IMG/VR virus record: IMGVR_UViG_3300038673_000279
Span: 1 to 31,536 of that record
Strand: one strand, 5' to 3'
Length of the DNA: 31,536 nt
DNA from: a virus
Taxonomy: Duplodnaviria > Caudoviricetes
Below, in pieces: positions 25,045 through 31,536 of the stretch. Below the pieces are notes generated by a model, which saw only the letters and a list, made by a program, of their open reading frames with translations, searched no databases and was not told the DNA's origin. Both the position numbers and the translations under genes were made by a program. The number at the start of each line of letters is the position of its first letter. Position 1 is the stretch's first letter.

Positions 25045-27752
25045 TGGCATGGAAAGGTGTTTTTAATTTCCGAAAGAAATTCACAGTATCACATCCTGAC
25101 GGAGCTTTAACAAATTACCCCATAAAGATCATTGTTGGACAAAGTGCCGAATCCGTAGGATGTGACATCCATTGTGATAAAAAAGTTTCCCATAATTTTG
25201 CCGATGTTCGTTTCTGTAGTTCTGATGGAGAAACCTACATTGATCATTATTTGGAATCCGTTTCTGGAACACATCCAAATAGAGTCGCTGTTTTCTGGGT
25301 AGAATGTCCTACAATAGGTACATCCGATACTGATTTTTATATGTATTATGGAAATAGAGATGGTACTAGCATGAGTTCTTCTGCAAATACAGGAGATACT
25401 TGCGGGGATACTTTTGAAAGAGGTGCCAATGGTGCTAATATTGCCACAGGAGGTGCTTGGACCATTCTTCAAGGTTCTTGTGTAATTTCTACAGAACAAT
25501 ATAAGGTAGGATATCGAAGTTGTAAGTTAGTTGGTTCAGGAACTCCCGGACAATGTAATATTCCATGTACTGCGGCAACAGGAAAAGTTATTCGATTTTG
25601 GGCATATAAACCAAATACTTCCGGATTTACTTTTGCTCATGGTGATGGTGTTCATCGTATTTGGATGAAATGGGATACTGATGAAGGCATCTATTTTGTT
25701 AATTCTGTGGAAGCTTACGGTAGTAATCTAGGAACAGTCACCGCAGATGCTTGGCATTTATTTGAATTTAAAAATATTGATTGGTCTGTTCCGACATTTG
25801 ATATTTATGTGGATGAGGTATTTCTTGCCACGGTTACAGATATTGGGCATTATGCCAGTGCTGAAATAAATAAAATTTGGATGGCTAATGGATTAACAGA
25901 TGGAACTCATTGTTGGTTTGATAATCTTTTTGTTTATACTCCACAAGCAGTTTTGCCGACAATCACAAATATTTATGATGAAGAAATAACTCCTTGGTTA
26001 GATGGTTGGTCTTATAGAAAAGCCGTGGCAATTACGGCATCAAGTTCCCAAACTGATTATCCTATACGATTATTTATTCATTTGAATCTAGGAGATATTA
26101 CTGGAGTAACCAGAAATATTTGGGTGAATAATCATGTTAAACCAGATTTTACGGATTTAAGATTTACATCCGTAGATGGAACAACTTTATTAGATCATTG
26201 GATTCAAGGTGTGTTTGGTACTTGGCCAGCAATGTATGCGATTGTTTGGGTCGAATGTCCGACTTTATCGACAACTGCTACCACCATTTATATGTATTAT
26301 GGTAATCCAGATGCCACAGATACTTCTAATGGATCTAATGTTTTCTCCTTCTTTGATGATTTTGCAAGTGAAACTCTTGATTCATCTAAATGGACTACCG
26401 TTCAAGGAACTCCTGATTTTAGTTCTGGAACATTAAAATTAACCGGTACTTCAGGGACAAGAGGTTTATTTGCTTCAAAGATTACTTTTGCAGAACATTC
26501 GGCAATTGGTGTTAGATTAAAAACTGAAGCAAATCAATTATTTAGTGATAATCAAATTGGTTTTTATAAAACAGCTTCAGTTGCTGGTCTTGCTTTAGAA
26601 AGTGTTCGATTTTATGGTAACGGATCTGCAAATGGTATCACTTTTAATACCATGAAAGATGATGGGTATAGTAACCAAGCTCAAGATTGTTCTGTTACGG
26701 ATTTAGCAACCTATCAATATTATAATATGCAATGGGATGTTTCTAACTGTAAATTTTATGAAGGAGATGATTTAAAATTAACAAATAGTAATTATACTTA
26801 CACCACTGCAAAATATCTTTGTCTTTATGAAGGATCAAATACTGCTCGGAATGTAACATTGGATTGGATCTTTGTTAGAAAATTTGATCCTACGGCAGAA
26901 CCTACTCAATCTTGGTCACTATATGGTTCCGAAGATACAGCAAGAGATTATTACCCGAATGCTATTCCAAATTATCCTAAAAGAGGACGAAGTAGACTTC
27001 CTGGTAGAATGAGGTGGACAGGTCGAAGATTATCTCGATTGGCAAATCAAATCGAAATTGATCCTCCCTATGATCAATGGTGGAGTGGTCAAATAATTAC
27101 TGTTGGACTAGGTAAAGATTTTTACAGTATTCCAGAAGCAATCGGATTTGCTTCCAATGGAGCGATGATACTTGTTGATCCAGGACATCATACCAATGCT
27201 TATAGAAATAATTGGAATAGTGCTCCTTGGTGTGAACGAGATTATATTCTTAGAGGAGTTGGTTCCGGACCTTGGGATACTGTTATAGATATTGATGATA
27301 CTTATGGGACTATAGGTGATCAAGGTTGGTATCATGCCGGTAATACCAGAATTTTTTGGGAAAACATTCGATTCCGAATGAACTCTACACGTTGGTTTCA
27401 GCAATTAGAATTGTATTCTGCTGGACAAATTACCCATATGAATAAAGTGGTTTTTAATCCTTCATATACAACTATTTATGGATTATGTGGACAATCTGCT
27501 TGGAATGCAGATTCTAATGGAGAACTTTTGCTCAGAAATTGTTATATCTCTAAAGGGTATTCTCATTTTGCCAGTACCGATTTGACTAAGGTTAGATTAA
27601 TTAAATGTCAATTAGATACCACACTTTCTGGTGGATCAGGTGCTTTGGCCGAGAATGACCATGTGACTTCTGCTACTTTAGATTACGGACCGAATTATGG
27701 AAAACTTTTTATTCGAGGACTTACCGATGATATAAATAATGCCACGTTGTAA
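25044..27752 (+). CDS. Large virion protein with two DUF2341 domains, lectin-like domains and a C-terminal beta-helix-like domain
   Basis: Two copies of W..[FY]RK..YPI..F.D.RF.S.DG..DH..WVECPT..YMYYGN. ITVGLGKDFYSIPEAI..ILVDPG is typical of the start of a pectin-lyase-like helix. Confidence 0.75.
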   Translation: MAWKGVFNFRKKFTVSHPDGALTNYPIKIIVGQSAESVGCDIHCDKKVSHNFADVRFCSSDGETYIDHYLESVSGTHPNRVAVFWVECPTIGTSDTDFYMYYGNRDGTSMSSSANTGDTCGDTFERGANGANIATGGAWTILQGSCVISTEQYKVGYRSCKLVGSGTPGQCNIPCTAATGKVIRFWAYKPNTSGFTFAHGDGVHRIWMKWDTDEGIYFVNSVEAYGSNLGTVTADAWHLFEFKNIDWSVPTFDIYVDEVFLATVTDIGHYASAEINKIWMANGLTDGTHCWFDNLFVYTPQAVLPTITNIYDEEITPWLDGWSYRKAVAITASSSQTDYPIRLFIHLNLGDITGVTRNIWVNNHVKPDFTDLRFTSVDGTTLLDHWIQGVFGTWPAMYAIVWVECPTLSTTATTIYMYYGNPDATDTSNGSNVFSFFDDFASETLDSSKWTTVQGTPDFSSGTLKLTGTSGTRGLFASKITFAEHSAIGVRLKTEANQLFSDNQIGFYKTASVAGLALESVRFYGNGSANGITFNTMKDDGYSNQAQDCSVTDLATYQYYNMQWDVSNCKFYEGDDLKLTNSNYTYTTAKYLCLYEGSNTARNVTLDWIFVRKFDPTAEPTQSWSLYGSEDTARDYYPNAIPNYPKRGRSRLPGRMRWTGRRLSRLANQIEIDPPYDQWWSGQIITVGLGKDFYSIPEAIGFASNGAMILVDPGHHTNAYRNNWNSAPWCERDYILRGVGSGPWDTVIDIDDTYGTIGDQGWYHAGNTRIFWENIRFRMNSTRWFQQLELYSAGQITHMNKVVFNPSYTTIYGLCGQSAWNADSNGELLLRNCYISKGYSHFASTDLTKVRLIKCQLDTTLSGGSGALAENDHVTSATLDYGPNYGKLFIRGLTDDINNATL

Positions 27753-27766
27753 GAAGGAGTTGCAAA

Positions 27767-28249
27767 ATGTCCGAAGAATTAGAAGCATTGAAGAAAAAAT
27801 CAGAATGTCAGGAAGATCGAATTGATTTGATGGAGGAGCGGTATCTTGAGATAGCCAGTAAGATGGATTCCATCCTTAAAAAACAACAGATTTATACGGA
27901 AGAAATGGTTCATTTCCGAGAACATCTGATGGAAGCTCTTACGGCAAAATCTCAGGAGAATAAAGAAATTCAAGAAACTATCTCTGGTTTACAGGAGAAC
28001 TTTAATACATTCTCCAAGGATTCTTTTACCAAAGATCATTTAGAAACTCTGTGTAAAAGAATGACATCCATAAATGATAAATTGGCTTTATTGGATAGTT
28101 TCGAATGGTTTATTGACGCCACTAATAAATGGAGAACTCAACTGTTCTTGGGAACCCTAAGAGTGGCTGCATTTATAATTTTTATCTACATGTTGGCTCA
28201 TGTAGAAGTGGTTAAAAAAGTTTTCAAATTTTTTGGATGGGGAGGATGA
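27767..28249 (+). CDS. Coiled-coil protein with C-terminal TM helix (holin/antiholin candidate)
   Basis: AAGGAG SD. TM segment VAAFIIFIYMLAHV. Immediately upstream of the endolysin. Confidence 0.55.
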   Translation: MSEELEALKKKSECQEDRIDLMEERYLEIASKMDSILKKQQIYTEEMVHFREHLMEALTAKSQENKEIQETISGLQENFNTFSKDSFTKDHLETLCKRMTSINDKLALLDSFEWFIDATNKWRTQLFLGTLRVAAFIIFIYMLAHVEVVKKVFKFFGWGG

Positions 28250-28251
28250 TC

Positions 28252-28863
28252 ATGATTTCCAAAGAAGCATTACAACGGATTTTTCCGAAAGCAGATTGGG
28301 AGGAATTATATGATCTGCTTGTAAAAGCAATGGCAAAATATCTTATAGATACTCCAAGAAAGCAGGCAGCTTTTCTTGCTCAGATTGGACATGAGTCTGG
28401 AGGGTTTGTCTATCGAGTGGAAAATCTCAACTATTCTGCATCTGCTTTGCGGAAGGTATTTGGAAAGTATTTTCCAAATGATACCATTGCTGCCGAGTAT
28501 GCAAGAAAACCTGAAAAGATTGCAAATAGAGTGTATGCAAATCGTATGGGTAATGGTGATGAAACTTCTGGTGATGGATGGAATAATCGAGGGAGAGGAT
28601 TCATTCAGATAACCGGAGCTTACAATTATCTGAAATTAGGAGTTTCTTTGGATAAGACTATTGAAGAGGTTCGAGAATTTCTCGAAACCACTGAAGGGGC
28701 TATTGAGAGTGCTGCTTGGTTTTGGTTGTCTAACCGACTGAATGGATTAGCCGAAGGCGGTCAATTCAAAGCTTTGACGAAAGCCATTAATGGTGGGTTG
28801 AATGGGTATGATGATCGTTTGGATCTGTACACCAAACTTCTTCCGGAATGTATGGAGACATAA
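28252..28863 (+). CDS. Endolysin, glycoside hydrolase family 19
   Basis: AAFLAQIGHESGGF..ENLNYSA, RGRGFIQITG..NY and INGGLNG..DR motifs. GGAGG SD favours ATG 28252. Confidence 0.92.
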   Translation: MISKEALQRIFPKADWEELYDLLVKAMAKYLIDTPRKQAAFLAQIGHESGGFVYRVENLNYSASALRKVFGKYFPNDTIAAEYARKPEKIANRVYANRMGNGDETSGDGWNNRGRGFIQITGAYNYLKLGVSLDKTIEEVREFLETTEGAIESAAWFWLSNRLNGLAEGGQFKALTKAINGGLNGYDDRLDLYTKLLPECMET

Positions 28864-29312
28864 TGATATTCCCAGTGAATCCAATATCCTTTATTAAGGA
28901 TTACGGAAAGATAATTGCTGCGGCTACTATCTCGGTTATCCTCATTTACTTTCTGACCATGATGACAATCTATAAATCACGTTACGAGACACAAAAAACT
29001 TTGGCAGAGACACGGTTAAAGACGGTTACCGAGCAGAATCAACAAATCATAGAGTATAAAAAGAATATTGAACTTGCTAAACAGCATGAACAACGGGTGG
29101 TACACATCCGACAGAAAGGTGCAAAGGTTCATCAATCCATAGTGAATATGAAATCGAGGGAATTGACCAATGAAGAAAAAGATATTGCTGTTGTTATTGG
29201 TGATAGGATCAATCGGATGCAGTCCGACAGAAACGATAGTTCAAAAACCGGTGGAAAGATACTGCCAGGAACCAGCGGTGATATATCTGACTCCACCAAA
29301 AACAATCCCTGA
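28863..29312 (+). CDS. Inner-membrane spanin (Rz-like)
   Basis: TAATG coupling. N-terminal TM helix followed by coiled coil. Its 3' end overlaps a lipoprotein gene. Confidence 0.75.
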   Translation: MIFPVNPISFIKDYGKIIAAATISVILIYFLTMMTIYKSRYETQKTLAETRLKTVTEQNQQIIEYKKNIELAKQHEQRVVHIRQKGAKVHQSIVNMKSRELTNEEKDIAVVIGDRINRMQSDRNDSSKTGGKILPGTSGDISDSTKNNP

Positions 29313-29436
29313 ACTTCTGGATAATTACAACCAGTTGACCAGTTATGCCTTAGAATTAGAAAGTACAATAAAATGCTATAAGGGAGGTAATGATGTTAGA
29401 GAAGATCAAGGGGGGAATAAAGCAGTTGTTCGGTGA
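29170..29436 (+). CDS. Outer-membrane lipoprotein spanin (Rz1-like)
   Basis: MKKKILLLLLVIGSIG-C signal peptide and lipobox. Pro-containing mature region. Overlaps Rz in another frame. Confidence 0.8.
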   Translation: MKKKILLLLLVIGSIGCSPTETIVQKPVERYCQEPAVIYLTPPKTIPELLDNYNQLTSYALELESTIKCYKGGNDVREDQGGNKAVVR

Positions 29437-29626
29437 GGAGGGATCAGTCTCAATGATGAGAATGGTTTCTTTTGTAACAGTGGTGGACATTCTCAGTGTA
29501 TGGTCATATACCTGTATTGCTACAAAGAAAGTTGAGGACGTTCCCACCAATGTTCTTGCAATTTTTGTTACAGTCATTAGTGGGAAAGTCCTCCAGAAAT
29601 TCAAAGAGTCGAAGACTACCAGTTAA
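29393..29626 (+). CDS. Probable holin (2 hydrophobic segments)
   Basis: GGAGGT SD. SMMR followed by two hydrophobic segments and a basic GKVLQKFKE tail. In the lysis cassette. Confidence 0.6.
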   Translation: MLEKIKGGIKQLFGEEGSVSMMRMVSFVTVVDILSVWSYTCIATKKVEDVPTNVLAIFVTVISGKVLQKFKESKTTS

Positions 29627-30356
29627 TATGATCGAATAAAATCGGAATCTTACTCTTGAAATCCATCAACTGTGGACGCATAAGTTCTCTCATTTGAGGA
29701 TGAGCTGCGTCCGCAGTTCGTTGTTCCATCACATGTAACCATTCTGTAATGGAACAAGTCACCGAAAATTCCGTTTTGACTTTGATGAGAAGATCACCCC
29801 GAGCTTGCTGCGGTGTCAACCCCTCTTTCAGCATTTCCAGATAAGTGTATTCCGAATATAGAGCATTTTTGAACCATAGATCATCTGTTCGAGTTTTCCA
29901 TTTAGGTATATTTTCCCAAATTTCTTCATACGAACTATATTCTCCCTCAGGAATGTCAATCCAGGGAGGAATGATAAAGCAAACACCACCCGATTTCATG
30001 TAATTACAGTATCGAGTGGATTCCTGCATTGCTGCCATGGGAGCAAAATCGTCTTCATCTCGAACACATCCGTTAGGAAGAATCTCCGTTAATTTGTGTC
30101 GTAACCACTCATGACTTACACCGCGATCACAGACATACTCTGCCGTGATATGAAGATGATCAAGAATGGCTACGTGACCTTCTCTCATACGTTTTTCCAT
30201 AAAAGGAACACAAGACCCGGGTTCAATCTTACCTTCTGTCTTGTAGCATTTCCGTCCTTCGAGTTCCAATACTTCCAGAACTCGTTGACCGATAACATCT
30301 TCCCAAGGAGTCAATCCCATCCTTGTTGTTTTCCAACCTGGTTTTCTTAAATACAT
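29616..30356 (-). CDS. thyX: Flavin-dependent thymidylate synthase ThyX
   Basis: GRKCYK, GH..ILDH, DRGVSHEWLRH, QESTRYCNY, PQQARG.L and AAHPQMREL motifs. GGAGG SD. Confidence 0.9.
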   Translation of the reverse strand: MYLRKPGWKTTRMGLTPWEDVIGQRVLEVLELEGRKCYKTEGKIEPGSCVPFMEKRMREGHVAILDHLHITAEYVCDRGVSHEWLRHKLTEILPNGCVRDEDDFAPMAAMQESTRYCNYMKSGGVCFIIPPWIDIPEGEYSSYEEIWENIPKWKTRTDDLWFKNALYSEYTYLEMLKEGLTPQQARGDLLIKVKTEFSVTCSITEWLHVMEQRTADAAHPQMRELMRPQLMDFKSKIPILFDHINW

Positions 30357-30832
30357 TATATAGAACCTCCATAAAACTTTGATGGTTGAATGTCATAAAC
30401 CTTTGTTACTTCTCCACGTTTCTCTTTTTCTTTTCTTCTCCTTTCTCTAGCCTTTAATTTATATTTCTCTTTCAGGTTTAACCGATCTTTATTTGCATGG
30501 TACCATTCACGTTTCCATCTTCGGTTACGATCTGCTGAACAAGAAGCTGTACAGCAAATTTGTTTGTCACAATGAGGAATAAACCTATTACCACATTCAG
30601 GACAAATCCTTTCTTCCCAAACTCTTCGATGTTTTTCTAACCATCTTTGATGTTCGGCATACATTCTGCACCATTTATCACAATACTTTTGACTTGGGTG
30701 TTTCATCTCAAGAGGTTTTTTACAGTATCCACAAAAATGAGTAGTCTCATTTTCTGGTTTATTTTTCCAGATAAAAGGACTACTCTTTCGTTTATACCCC
30801 GTCCTTCTGTGCCGTGCCATGAATTGCTTCAT
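30356..30832 (-). CDS. Basic protein with two Cys4 Zn-binding repeats
   Basis: CGYCKK..KYCDKWC and CPECGNRF..CCTASC, followed by an Arg/Lys-rich helix. Start codon uncertain. Confidence 0.65.
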   Translation of the reverse strand: MKQFMARHRRTGYKRKSSPFIWKNKPENETTHFCGYCKKPLEMKHPSQKYCDKWCRMYAEHQRWLEKHRRVWEERICPECGNRFIPHCDKQICCTASCSADRNRRWKREWYHANKDRLNLKEKYKLKARERRRKEKEKRGEVTKVYDIQPSKFYGGSI

Positions 30833-31160
30833 GAAACAGATGGTGTATTCTCTTGAGGTGATCGGTATCTACTTTGGATAAACTGTTCATGTACTTTCGG
30901 ACGTTGTTAATATAGAGGGTGCGGACTCGAATGTTTTCAATTTGTTCATGGTGTTCTTTTGTTGTTGGAGCGATTGTTCTCCAACTCCAGATGTCTGGGG
31001 TTCTTTCCCGACCATCTGGTCGAAAATGAGTATCATCTCCTTCTAATTTGATAAAACCTTTTGGAGTTATTTTGATGATCTTGGTGAGTTGGTATGGTTT
31101 ACCCTCTCTGTCAAATATGGTTACGGGCATCCCTACAGCCCATTTGTTTGGATCAGCCAT
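30792..31160 (-). CDS. Hypothetical small beta-barrel phage protein
   Basis: GAGGTG SD. VGMPV..KIIKITPKG..FRPDGRE pattern. Confidence 0.65.
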   Translation of the reverse strand: MADPNKWAVGMPVTIFDREGKPYQLTKIIKITPKGFIKLEGDDTHFRPDGRERTPDIWSWRTIAPTTKEHHEQIENIRVRTLYINNVRKYMNSLSKVDTDHLKRIHHLFHEAIHGTAQKDGV

Positions 31161-31163
31161 GTT

Positions 31164-31508
31164 TCACCTCAAAGTGTTCTTTTGTAAATAATCAAATAAT
31201 TCTTTGGATTTAAAATGAAGATTTCTTCCTCCTAAAGGATGGTCACCACGCCTTCCCCGCTTTGCTGCAGGATCAGCATAGATAACAAATTTTCGATTAG
31301 GAATTCCTTTATTAAATTTTTCACAGGCCTCTATGGCTTTATTGCGGATTCGTTCTATATCATTTTTAAATCCAATAATAAATCGGGATGCTTTTGTTCG
31401 GACTATTTCACCATCTTTTTCTTCCCATCGAAATAATCCAATTGTATAATAAATGGATTTTTCCGATCGTGATCCCAATTCTTCATAATCCCATTCACCC
31501 TTTTTCAT
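31164..31508 (-). CDS. Hypothetical protein
   Basis: GGAGG SD (reverse of CCTCC at ~31515-31519). Tiles with the downstream gene. Confidence 0.65.
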   Translation of the reverse strand: MKKGEWDYEELGSRSEKSIYYTIGLFRWEEKDGEIVRTKASRFIIGFKNDIERIRNKAIEACEKFNKGIPNRKFVIYADPAAKRGRRGDHPLGGRNLHFKSKELFDYLQKNTLR

Positions 31509-31536
31509 CGTAGACCTCCATCCTGTGATGGTGGCA

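Noticed and set aside
17745-27752. Diversity-generating retroelement or invertible fibre cassette
   Set aside because: No reverse transcriptase or invertase is present. The repeat pairs differ at synonymous positions rather than specifically at adenines, and all fibre genes are on one strand.
29390-29395. Lambda S-type dual-start motif in the holin
   Set aside because: It is Met-Met with no charged residue between, and the first ATG is only 1 nt from the SD.

Overview
This window is a 31.5 kb segment of a tailed dsDNA bacteriophage. It looks siphovirus-like: there is a 2104-aa tape measure protein and no sheath gene. The + strand (4-29626) is one tightly coupled late region: head decoration protein, lambda-gpE-type major capsid protein, head-tail joining genes, a Mu Com-like Zn-ribbon gene, tail tube, tail assembly chaperones with a clear -1 frameshift, tape measure, a long tail tip/fibre cluster (LamG-like fibre, collagen fibre, double-DUF2341 protein) and a lysis cassette (GH19 endolysin, overlapping Rz/Rz1 spanins, two holin-like proteins). 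The spanins imply a diderm host. The - strand at the right end carries ThyX and three small genes converging on the lysis cassette. The main oddities are a related beta-domain inserted in both the capsid and decoration proteins, an HK97 gp10-like neck gene split in two around a Lys-rich insertion, a 29-aa histone-tail-like basic peptide missed by the ORF track, and a ThyX with a 17-aa insertion inside its signature motif. I saw no rRNA, tRNA, CRISPR, integrase or reverse transcriptase. Family assignments come from motif recognition and gene order, not from database searches.
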